A stretch of 27,851 nucleotides of DNA, taken from the IMG/VR virus record IMGVR_UViG_3300020436_000065, positions 1-27,851 of that record; one strand, written 5' to 3'. The stretch's first letter is position 1. Each line of letters starts with the position of its first letter. The stretch is from a virus. Its lineage: Duplodnaviria > Caudoviricetes. Both the position numbers and the translations under genes were made by a program. Under the pieces are notes generated by a model. That model was not told the origin of the DNA and did no database searches. It was given only the letters and a program-made list of their open reading frames with translations. Positions 22,201-27,756 of the stretch are shown in pieces.

Positions 22201-23173
22201 GTATTCCATTAATTAATTTTGTTTTACCAGGTACTTTAAATATACCTTGAATTAAATCTCTATCACTAAAACCTACAAATAATGCAATCTTATAATAATT
22301 TCTACCTTCTCTTTTTATAATTTCAACTTCTGATACTGATGCATTAGTTGAGGTATCAGTTGATTTGAATATTGTTTGTCCTGTCAAGTTTTGAGGTTCA
22401 CCAGCACCGATAACATCAGCCACAATGACTTCACGACGTATAAATTCTGCATCAGATGGTTTTATTAAGTTACCTTCTAAGTCAATAACTTTTGCATCAA
22501 CTCCGTATAATACCTTAAATAATATATTTACTGATTCTTCAACACCTTTGGATTGGTAGAATGAACGAGAAAATTTTACGAAGTTTCCTATATCTAAATC
22601 ACTGGTAAAATCATTATTTTCTAAACCTGGTAAAAATGTTTTTTTGAGTTTTTTAAAAAACTCTTGTAAAAACAGAACAGATAAATTTGTTAATGTTGAT
22701 CCGCTGGAGTGTGATGCTGCTGACGTTTCACTAAATTTTAAATGCTCTTGATTTATATTAAGGAGTGAGGAGGAGATACCTACATTATACCCTGTTACAC
22801 CACTAAAACCACGAATACATCCAGTAAATGATGTAGATGTTATGCCTGTATATGAAATTATTTCATCATTTATTTTTAATAAACCATATTCAGATGGAAA
22901 TCCTTTTGTGCTAGGCACTGTGATAATATCATCAGTAGATGATACATCTGATGAAATAGTAGTTGTGCCAATAACTACTTCAGGAACTAAATTATCTGGT
23001 TTTAAATACTGATCGAAATTTGTTATTAAATCAGATGGACCTCCTTGAAATTCTTGTGAAATATAATATTGCTTTAAAAACTCTGTTGCATTAGGGAAAT
23101 CAGATACCACAAACTCTGGTAACTGATTTTCAATTATTTGATTGACTTGTATTCTTTTGTCAAATTGTGACAT
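10286..23173 (-). CDS. gp7: Baseplate wedge initiator gp7-like giant protein (4295 aa)
   Basis: QLPEFV..DFP...EFLKQYY start, FYQSKG..ES..ILFK.LYG, and DN.YYQN.SY.IKS.I.W....NPV..L.HP.G.K.F motifs; position between gp6 and gp8. Confidence 0.88.
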   Translation of the reverse strand: MSQFDKRIQVNQIIENQLPEFVVSDFPNATEFLKQYYISQEFQGGPSDLITNFDQYLKPDNLVPEVVIGTTTISSDVSSTDDIITVPSTKGFPSEYGLLKINDEIISYTGITSTSFTGCIRGFSGVTGYNVGISSSLLNINQEHLKFSETSAASHSSGSTLTNLSVLFLQEFFKKLKKTFLPGLENNDFTSDLDIGNFVKFSRSFYQSKGVEESVNILFKVLYGVDAKVIDLEGNLIKPSDAEFIRREVIVADVIGAGEPQNLTGQTIFKSTDTSTNASVSEVEIIKREGRNYYKIALFVGFSDRDLIQGIFKVPGKTKLINGIHAGGTIIDVDSTVGFGVTGTLISGKNTSISYTSKSINQFFGCSGINVGINTGDDIRDNETIFGFENGDLSKRVDLRITGVISDLVPVTDVNLVNEGENIFVKNVGEKIENNGETYKEIFANSWIYNTRTRFQVGISSAEFQLQTPIDKAYLKEGDSFEILKRNENTREGSGDVKSITSATHSFTAENISNFNQIPNQLYDIRRADKKVSSTGIPLKEGNGTIIADTLSVYVDDDKFGYVASNSLPSYPITTNVVEETFTDGSDTTKFDGYNIFTEKYSFINFPIKQRDIKFIQGDEIIYETDGVPLSGLETGRTYYVDPVIPAANSKITKIKLYESISQVGTASTVQVGIGTTTTDTHKFVLKKHASRLLEPDKILRKFPLSQNLVVPSKQETPFNDIGMLINGVQIRSPISDNQIFYGPLSSVDIQNEGDDYDVINPPVINVESSPAGGVDAKIEPIIQGKVVDCLVDPQDFDIKSVSNISLTGGNGSGCILEPVLGERNRFLEFDSRDIFFNGGVDIQDETITFTTRHNLENGQLIYYSSNGNAPLGIGTAYESTNTSSGTLSDGDPYYIRSVNTSTVRLFNSAADALFGTAGINTVGLSSDTTASGIHRFRTERRNTLVAVKVIEQGSGYTHRKLRVKTSGISTSLNTINFKNHGFNTGEIIEYSAETSSIQGLSTTSSYIVKKLTNDSFQLANAGVGGTSTEDYDRGKYVNFDSSGQGFQIFEYPKIKVNINVSYGSTVTGDIVITPIVTGKILGGYLYEEGTNYGSEILDKEVKPKVTIQNGENAEFKPIIVNGRIESVAVVNRGREYNSPPEVKVTSTGVGRGATIRPVVENGRVIQAIVLNTGVGYDSVTTEVRAFSRGKNAKFNARVRALTLNNANRFGDSFLSTKNDTLRFSIAGYSQEIAGRFEETFSLLANGEFKEITGHSPIIGWAYDGNPIYGPFGYTNPDDINSPLKIIESSYILNSNGVNNRPNGYVGGFFVEDYVFDESGDLDIHNGRFGKTPEFPNGIYAYFTSVGLGTQTNKLEGLYPYFIGNTYRSPLINENKILNQDFDFNSTDIRRNTFPYGVDEKFAGSDFITESYEEIRQISKIESVTKGSVDGITILNSGQNYKVGDLTEFNDDLTNGSGFRAEVSEIVGIGISRIDTSIISFEGAVFEWLDKDRVQASFFPLLEMKDQTCVSISGLSSSIVNLTDTFKVGVSTSRITLLSTMQSATAGLIEDISVSSIPRVAIGSSVRIASGDATNEEIVRVLNVFEGNKVIRVFRNVGAAHTAGSNVDILNNSITIPVKTKRFLSQTNDLVYFNPAQSVGVGTTVGGAIDVDTFIGGLKKTVSIPTRTIRIPNHPFETGQKIILNKRNGANRFDVSNTPLQTQFKLPFTGQNSTEVYVIDKGPDNIGLVTTRVGIGSTSEGLFFFSRGSTTGISSSLYFFEPTHTQVTGTIDQITTRVSTNVSAANTTTHNLIEKDVVNLEVIPNLNVGIGTTTNVSVIYNSDYEKLLVNPISFNASNVETNHINITNHGFETGDKIFYDGSATGLTTGTYFVNKISRSKFSLAETIVDINSNPVKEVSFVSNTGGNQSVALINPQIEVVKNSVLGFGLSSTTLAGFDFKLFYDRDLTNEYISSQDSTNFNVGVAGTIGIGTNNTDPIGATLEVKFSNSAPNTLYYGLTKGGYISTTDTEVSNSSEIKFIDSKYNGEYEIFNVTDDTFDISPRFPEFLSYTNSDCEKLEYSTKATTVHGSIKNFNIISRGFNYKKLPEFLKVNSTNGTDANLKAYSNDIGRIKKVRIVDIGYEYSSDKTLSPEAFIPSVVSIDNLDIIESVEVLSGGSDYTNAPNLILFNPVSNTIVDKVSLQAIAPNQRVSEVKVLSPISGLDSVVHKVISINNSNGVGINSVIISNSGVVTCFLETPINGFDSQPFAVGDEIFIEGIQRVGESGIGATQGGSVTSTTIEGTGYNSEDYNFQFFEVIDYSAGTQSILEFSLAGVTTNPGIAKTFQSGYANLINKNNLPVIEPVIKRGVFELNETLIVGTEITDLTISEVRNDYIKIDGKSKLKVGDRIVGRLSGVSAEIISLTNNQAKFKTDFSNRQEYGWLDDIGKLNEDYQVIPDNNYYQNLSYTIKSPIGWNDFVNPVNRLTHPSGLKNFADTSVLSKIPVGIGETAESNQSIVLDVANVLEIEDKQRVDVINNFDLARDFSARNNNSKFLTLKNRSLTDFTRCKTNRVLLHDDISDTFSSEGFETLTTTIEPLTEDIGRYLIQIIDPDTLDTQFTELVTLTTENDAFILEKSTDFTNQKLGDFNTEITTNGTKNLLFEPVEKFLRDHDIKILKIDFNTDLAGIGTNAIGSVDLTGHNIGVGTTTVGVVTSTILESPDYDFNSLYANIFVQDSVTKEVNYSEVVIDFDGTDTTIAETYVDTTSGLSSSVVGIITAKVENNLVKLQIENDRVNPLEVRANVVGLGSTESGIGTFRFIVSGQPVGSERSARLESKYATGTINPITYNTISKNLDSTVKSLVRVSCGETSAVHQIISIRDLDDILTIQYPFVSAGSTTGIGTFGGEIVGNDINLRFYPDAEFNSLIEVQSYNEVLYTDSDFSNNPPNLIYGTVDQQLFLSTYDGAGGLRADKKDFLLTNNGTPIYSKTFNPSNTGTISTTTNAITIPSHFFNTNEELTYTPGSTFIGIAGTAVSIGATANISGIVTDILPSTVFAKVIDEDNFELYTRPEYITTGVAVTFTGVSGSLGSGNSHKLAMTKQLTKTLIGLDGVVQQPITFTDITHTLGVFDGFTYNSTVGIGLSQFVLSGISSIRAGEFLKINDEFIKILEVGFSSTPTGVINESVSVAAGIATLPVVKVERGQLGIAQTSHSANDIARLHRGAFNIVDSTVFFSDPPKGNTRSRRDETNQPFDKAEFSGRTFLRSDYTTNMLFDDISDNFTGIGKTYTLTVGGANTHSGVGVGNGVVFINGIFQTPLTVNNAGNNYEFISDSVAGISTIEFTGITSENGQKMVSEFDINQNQVPRGGVIISLGSTPGLGYAPLQGAKVKAFKDATGGITSVVGIATSSGFNLGIQTASYDNITGIITVTTDKVHGFALERPNMVKLKNLNFNITGVGATSFANHDRSLFVVGIVSDRTFEVKADIQTQNWVYTGGGNTFEFFEDLTFGSGYRGGSVAIGVTDQAYEHRFVSSGIGSIKKGSFAGDSFTATNAVYTSHTGQLILTIPNHTFTTSDSVGIDTGGLVFKCSKDNFFSDHPYPRAVSKTSFPNSDPIAGIVTGIGATTINTITLNAGVGGGAGNGAVVTASVGVGGTLAFTIVSAGTSYVNPEIVIPEPNYDNIPVVGVSRRGIGPTTETGSNLLLDVEVSAASTTVGIGSTTFEISKFSVARSGHSFKIGDKFKPVGLITAAHLSQPIQEFELEVLEVFTDRFSAQQFGEIDFIDSIKNLQDGVSKRFPLFFNGQLLSFEKDLNDSRSQLINMNAVLLIFVNGVLQKPEEAYQFQGGTTFDFTEAPRPDSKIDIFFYKGQDGIDIDTADIQETIKVGDELRVFKHPVGVTTTQRNERTIKELLGAKLIETDIYTGQGIDENNDKPIRWTKQKVDIILNGKKIDKSREILEAQIYPTAKIIGDFSIISGNDGTPLNGIFVDDVRSFFYEKATHFPLSDRYNLTYNSVDALISSGQINVGASATAIVSAAGSVTSFDITNAGSGYSGTVSVKISGPVSGIGTFTQSDGSVGTYTTATATATITNGSINAINVVNQGLGYTSTTPPQVIIDLPEFKTEKITEISNIEGFTGIITGITTTTGTGGHPLALKFFFRSDEQISGKPINVGYPVFIKDTKVGSAVTSVDSQDSSIVAIGTTFLDNIYKVHAVSDDGAFNGQITCNIHTNSTSSVLGIAQTGNFDPSAPGISTELGKISWGRLFNATRSDNPISIGVTGLTVNSGLTTFPTIQRKNYSVSSLRGLRSSGAIRVFGL

Positions 23174-23176
23174 AAA

Positions 23177-25123
23177 TTATTCCCTCTCTAAAGTTCCATT
23201 AGAGTAACTTGATGTATAGTAATCTCTCTGGAATACAACTCCTGAAACATCTTCTCCTGATGCTATTACATCTCTCACAGTATTTATTGTGCTTTTCGAT
23301 ACGTTAAAATTAAGATATAAATCCTTAAGACCAACAACATCATTAGATTCTGGGAAAGCTTGTATTTCAATAATATCATTTTGACTAACGGTAGATGTAA
23401 TATTAATTGTATTCAATATGACTTCTCCATGTTTATAGTCCACTACACCAGCTTCTTTAACTAAAATTTGTAGTTGATTTTTTTCATTCTTAGTAACCAC
23501 ACTTAATATTCCTTTCATGCTACCATCTAGATTACCAGATGCATCTTTATTTGGAATATCTGTTAAATATGCAATATTAGAAAATCCATTGATTGTAAAA
23601 CCTGTGCTTTTTATATTATACCCTGCAGGTTTTATATTAAATTGGTTTCCAAAACATAATTCATACTGTGCGAATTGATTAAGCAATGCTTTTAAGTCTC
23701 TTCTAATTATTACTTTGGTAATATTTGATGTAATACCATTATCAATGCGGTCAATTAATGTGCTAAGTTTACTATATTTAAATCGTCCACCAAATTTATT
23801 AATTTCAACATTTGATGCGTAATCATTTAGAGCATTAATTACTCTAGTTCTTAAACCCGAAGAGGAATTAATTTGAGATGGATTATAATATATGTTCGAC
23901 TCTATCTCCACATATAGTAGTTTCAAATCAATAATTTCAGAATTGATACCAGCAATAGCGTAATTTTTTAATTTATTTTTGATTTGAGTTTTATCAAAAT
24001 CAGATACAAAAGTACCATTTTTAGGTTTAATACTAATTTGAACTTTACCAAATTGTGGTGGATTTAATTCTTCTCCACCAATAACAGCAACGGACTCAGC
24101 TGCAGGATATATTGTACCAATTATTGCCTCATAATCTCTTGGTGTAACCGCCCTGTATTGTGCTGAGTAAATTCTTGGAGCAAAATACTTAATTGACTGC
24201 ACATCTTCAACTTCAGCACCATTAGAAGCGTTAGAGACAGTAGTAATGCTAATAGTATTGGTGGGTGTAAAGAATGTATTATCACTCTTTATAAATGATC
24301 CTTGAAAACTAAAACTTGCAGCACCATTTCCAGTTTCTCCGTCAGTTACTATATACTGAGCTGTAATTAAAGTGCCATTTTCTAACTTTTTACCAAAAAA
24401 TCCGTCACCAAATAATATTTCATACTTTTCATCCTGAACTTCCTGTGCTAGATATATTTCTGAGTGTTTATTAATATTCAATATATTATCAATCATACTA
24501 TATTTTCTTCCAAGTCCTACATCACTTGCACCTTTAACATAAACACGTAATGTTGAACTATCAATATTAGGACTATCGATAATATATCTCTGATCTTGTG
24601 ATGTATCTACACGATAAACTCTTTGAAGTAAAGTACCTTCATAAACATTAATAGGATCATCAAATACAGCAAAAGAAGTTCCTCCTCTATCCTCTACTCT
24701 ACTGGATGTAATAGGATCTGATGTTGAAAATCTATATGTGGTATTCTCAGCATTACCAACACAAACAAGTCCTGCACGAAGGGTTAAAAACTTTGTAGTG
24801 GCATCAGATGTTGTTCCGACATCTATATCATCTATCTTAATTTGAGCTACTGCAGCGGTTTTTGAACGGGGTATATATCCAATATTTCTTGCAAGGGATA
24901 CAACATTCTCTCTTATCGTTGCAGAGTCTAAAAATGATTCGTTTGCAACTAAATTTGCATTAAATGCATTAATATAAGTATTATAGGCAAGTGTATCTAT
25001 AAGAACTGAAAAGTTAGAACCCTCAAAATCAAAACCACTAAAATTTGAATTTGAACGTAAAAAATCTTTTATCTGTGCTTTGATCTGATCAAAGTCTAAA
25101 CTTGTAAACTGAGTAAAAGGCAT
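23177..25123 (-). CDS. gp6: Baseplate wedge subunit gp6
   Basis: LDFDQIK...K.FL....F..FDFEGSN.SVLID.LAYNT, ESFLDSA..RENVVSLARNIGY.PRS, and AQ.RAVT..DY motifs. Confidence 0.95.
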   Translation of the reverse strand: MPFTQFTSLDFDQIKAQIKDFLRSNSNFSGFDFEGSNFSVLIDTLAYNTYINAFNANLVANESFLDSATIRENVVSLARNIGYIPRSKTAAVAQIKIDDIDVGTTSDATTKFLTLRAGLVCVGNAENTTYRFSTSDPITSSRVEDRGGTSFAVFDDPINVYEGTLLQRVYRVDTSQDQRYIIDSPNIDSSTLRVYVKGASDVGLGRKYSMIDNILNINKHSEIYLAQEVQDEKYEILFGDGFFGKKLENGTLITAQYIVTDGETGNGAASFSFQGSFIKSDNTFFTPTNTISITTVSNASNGAEVEDVQSIKYFAPRIYSAQYRAVTPRDYEAIIGTIYPAAESVAVIGGEELNPPQFGKVQISIKPKNGTFVSDFDKTQIKNKLKNYAIAGINSEIIDLKLLYVEIESNIYYNPSQINSSSGLRTRVINALNDYASNVEINKFGGRFKYSKLSTLIDRIDNGITSNITKVIIRRDLKALLNQFAQYELCFGNQFNIKPAGYNIKSTGFTINGFSNIAYLTDIPNKDASGNLDGSMKGILSVVTKNEKNQLQILVKEAGVVDYKHGEVILNTINITSTVSQNDIIEIQAFPESNDVVGLKDLYLNFNVSKSTINTVRDVIASGEDVSGVVFQRDYYTSSYSNGTLERE

Positions 25124-25124
25124 A

Positions 25125-25526
25125 TTATCTCGTTGGTTCTAAAATAAAGGAGAATGACTGTGCTGGAGTATCGATTCCTACAATGTCAAAAAAGACTTTA
25201 ACATCAAAATTATTATTGTCTGGGTCTGACTGTGCCTCAACCCGAACATTATCAACTCTTGGCTCATAATTTTCGATTGTTTCCACTATTTGATCTTCAA
25301 TCGTAACAAGAGTGCCACGAGTATAGTTCTGAAATAATGAACTTCTTACTTCAGTGCCAATTAAAGAATTAAAAAATCTTTCTGTTGGCATCGTTTCAAC
25401 CAAATTTCTTACAGATCTTAGAATTGCTCTCTCATTTGCAAGCACAGGAAGGTCTTTCGTCACTGGATGAGGTGAAAAAGATAGACTTAAATCCTTAAAT
25501 GATCTTGAATTGCGTAAAATCGACAT
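25125..25526 (-). CDS. gp25: Baseplate protein gp25 (GPW/gp25 family)
   Basis: FKDLSLSF..HPVT.DL..L.NE.AI.RSVRNLV.T...ERFF and I.NYEPRV motifs; directly upstream of gp6. Confidence 0.93.
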   Translation of the reverse strand: MSILRNSRSFKDLSLSFSPHPVTKDLPVLANERAILRSVRNLVETMPTERFFNSLIGTEVRSSLFQNYTRGTLVTIEDQIVETIENYEPRVDNVRVEAQSDPDNNNFDVKVFFDIVGIDTPAQSFSFILEPTR

Positions 25527-25544
25527 TATAAACGCTTTTAGATT

Positions 25545-25552
25545 TATTTATA
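25545..25552 (-). promoter_or_regulatory. T4-type late promoter TATAAATA
   Basis: Exact consensus 2 nt after the speD stop and 18 nt upstream of the gp25 ATG. Confidence 0.85.
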
Positions 25553-25554
25553 CC

Positions 25555-25911
25555 CTATCTCGCATAATCTTTCATCACATAATCATTACTATCAAAGTAT
25601 TCAAGCACCCAATAGGCAACAGAACGTGGATTTTTCGCTCCACAAGTAAATATATCGAACGCAACACAGTTTTTTTCTGGCCAGGTGTGACAAGAAAGAT
25701 GACTTTCACCCAAAGTAATAGTACAACTCACTCCATAAGGTTCAAATTGATGAGTATAAGTGTTTAAAATCTCTAAATCTTCAGTTTTACAAGCACTAAC
25801 ACATATTTGTTCGATTTTATCTCTATCATTTAGTTTTTCAAAGGGTACATTATACACTTCAACAAGTAAATGTGTACCCATGTGAGCGTTTTTAACGTGT
25901 TTCTTCATCAT
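25555..25911 (-). CDS. speD: S-adenosylmethionine decarboxylase-family proenzyme (pyruvoyl-dependent)
   Basis: G.HLL.E.Y, H.FEP.GVS, L.ESHLS.HTWPE (E/S self-cleavage site) and D.FTCG motifs. Real start is probably ATG 25911/25908 or 25881 rather than 25989. Confidence 0.92.
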   Translation of the reverse strand: MMKKHVKNAHMGTHLLVEVYNVPFEKLNDRDKIEQICVSACKTEDLEILNTYTHQFEPYGVSCTITLGESHLSCHTWPEKNCVAFDIFTCGAKNPRSVAYWVLEYFDSNDYVMKDYAR

Positions 25912-26359
25912 TAATGATTCCATAGTCGTCTTCAAGTACCTCTTTAAGGTAATTTTTATCCCAGTAGTTGTAATAATTGGTTTTTGCAAGTTTTTTTCTT
26001 GCTTCTGTAAGTTCTTTACGTGGTTGACACAACACTAAGTTGTATTTTCCATTATTTGTTTGTATTCCTTGTATGTATGTCTTCGTTTTTCCGTGATCTG
26101 CGATGAATTTATAGTTGGGATAGTTACGATTATAGTCATCAACAGCATCATACAAAAAATTTGCTTCAATATCGTCTTCAACTACGTTTATTATAACGTC
26201 AAAATCACAATTTGGCACAATTTGGTGTAATTTTTGGTCTTGAATACTAAAATTAGCACCTGACGCATACGGACAGATGCTAAAATTACCTAATTCTGGT
26301 CTAATTTTGGATAATTGTGAAATCCAATGTAAAATATACCTACTCTTCTCGTCTTTCAT
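25892..26359 (-). CDS. Hypothetical protein with W....S..RPELG....CPYA motif (DUF1415/DUF6875-like)
   Basis: Fills the gap between neighbours with short overlaps; likely start ATG 26359 (MKDEKS). Family resemblance rests on the N-terminal motif only. Confidence 0.6.
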   Translation of the reverse strand: MKDEKSRYILHWISQLSKIRPELGNFSICPYASGANFSIQDQKLHQIVPNCDFDVIINVVEDDIEANFLYDAVDDYNRNYPNYKFIADHGKTKTYIQGIQTNNGKYNLVLCQPRKELTEARKKLAKTNYYNYWDKNYLKEVLEDDYGIINDEETR

Positions 26360-26996
26360 CGGGTGTCGTCCAGAAATAATCATCACAATCACCTAATCGA
26401 CCCCAGTTAACATCATTCTCAACCTCAAAAATGCGTGTTGATACCTTAAAATCGGGTATTTTAACGTCTTGAGGTGTCATTGAGGTATCAAAGATGCGAC
26501 ATCGGTTGTTTGGATAGAGACAAAACTGTCCGTTTCGTAGTTCAATGAGATTAAATGACTTATGTTCGTCAGGCATCTCACTTGTTGAAGCATCTATCTG
26601 GTCAAAATCACCATGATAGTTGTCTAGAGTGCAAATATACTGTCCTTTTTGATTTCCAAAGTGTCTTGTTCGACATTCCCACTCCATTGGAGCAACAAAT
26701 TGCTTGACAATCACCGTAAAATCATAATCCATACAGTTCCAAAACTGTAAATTGATTAAATCCATGTCTGGATCAGGTGTTTTTGGTCTTGAAACAAATG
26801 CAGAGATGGGTAATTTGTCATACATTGCTCCATATTCGGGTAAATATGTCTCAAAATAGAAAGCACGACCCTGTATTGACTTCGCACACACCCATAAACC
26901 CTCTACAAACTCTCCAAAACCCGATTGGAAGTCAGTTAAGTATTCTTTTCTCACCCATACCTTCTTTGTAGGTAGGTTTGCGATTAATTTTGACAT
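26340..26996 (-). CDS. Conserved marine phage hypothetical protein (218 aa)
   Basis: ANLP...WVRKEYL.D, S..GRA..F, LPISAF, LQFWNC, EHK..N, PNNR motifs, which I recognise from T4-like marine phages; function unknown. Confidence 0.75.
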   Translation of the reverse strand: MSKLIANLPTKKVWVRKEYLTDFQSGFGEFVEGLWVCAKSIQGRAFYFETYLPEYGAMYDKLPISAFVSRPKTPDPDMDLINLQFWNCMDYDFTVIVKQFVAPMEWECRTRHFGNQKGQYICTLDNYHGDFDQIDASTSEMPDEHKSFNLIELRNGQFCLYPNNRCRIFDTSMTPQDVKIPDFKVSTRIFEVENDVNWGRLGDCDDYFWTTPDERREE

Positions 26997-27424
26997 GTAT
27001 CAAAGAAGTTAGAAATTTCGTATCCCTGTAATTTTGATTTATAATCTGAGGATTCTCCCAGATAAAAGTAATCATAACCTAATTTTTTATATAATGCAAT
27101 CTCATTCTTATTTGCAACGTGACCTAAACTGAGTTTTTTATTTTTATAATTCCAAGCAAACTGATCCGCCCATACACTATTCACACTCTTAAATTTATAA
27201 GCAAGAGTAAATGCTGCTAATTCATTTCCATCATAGTAACCAATAATATCCGTATGAGGTAATTCAAACTCTTCACGAAATATCGGCACAGTTCCTTCAA
27301 AGTTCTTATAAGAAATGTATTCTTTGTATATCTCTAAACACTTTTCAAAAGAAGAACTACCAAGAATACGATAGTTATGGTATTCCTGATAGTTTGTTTC
27401 TTGAAGGCGAATGCGACAGTACAT
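26984..27424 (-). CDS. GNAT-fold protein resembling the C-terminal domain of aminoacyl-tRNA-protein transferases (ATE1/Bpt)
   Basis: Y..Y...K, GYYDG.EL.AF and W.Y....LSLG.....EI...K.LGY.Y.YLG....YK match the order of the ATE_C motifs. Start probably 27424 (TAATG overlap with the upstream stop). Confidence 0.65.
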   Translation of the reverse strand: MYCRIRLQETNYQEYHNYRILGSSSFEKCLEIYKEYISYKNFEGTVPIFREEFELPHTDIIGYYDGNELAAFTLAYKFKSVNSVWADQFAWNYKNKKLSLGHVANKNEIALYKKLGYDYFYLGESSDYKSKLQGYEISNFFDTCQN

Positions 27425-27756
27425 TACTGCTCCCACTTACCTTTTGTTTCCCATTCGATATATTTTCGATTTCTCTCTTCCATGTAATCCCAGAACCATT
27501 GGTTTGGGTCGTCTGCGTAACTCACTTTCGGTTTTTTCTCTGTTTTTATATATTCAAGATTCTTCGATATCTCATCACGAATAATCCAATCGATATGTTT
27601 TGTGACCTGACCGAGTAACTGCTCTTCAAAAAGAGGACTCTTCATATATGCAAATACCAAGAGTCCACTTCCAAAAGTTATATTTGAAATAATCAGAGCA
27701 GTGACAGCAATCCATCTTGTTCTGATTCGACTTGCTGTTCTCTCCAACTCATTCAT
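27424..27756 (-). CDS. Hypothetical single-pass membrane protein (110 aa)
   Basis: Basic N-terminus (RTASRIRTR) then hydrophobic WIAVTALIISNITFGSGLLVFAYM; coupled by overlaps on both sides. Confidence 0.7.
   Translation of the reverse strand: MNELERTASRIRTRWIAVTALIISNITFGSGLLVFAYMKSPLFEEQLLGQVTKHIDWIIRDEISKNLEYIKTEKKPKVSYADDPNQWFWDYMEERNRKYIEWETKGKWEQ

Noticed and set aside
1204-23173. Inteins, introns or homing endonucleases explaining the giant ORFs
   Set aside because: No HN-[C/S/T] splice junction or LAGLIDADG/HNH motif noticed; size is accounted for by structural repeats.
25912-25989. N-terminal extension of SpeD in the ORF track
   Set aside because: Non-ATG start deep inside the upstream gene; family similarity begins near MGTHLL.
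25510-27618. Plus-strand ORFs 25510-25767, 26777-26971 and 27394-27618
   Set aside because: Antisense to well-supported, tightly coupled minus-strand genes.
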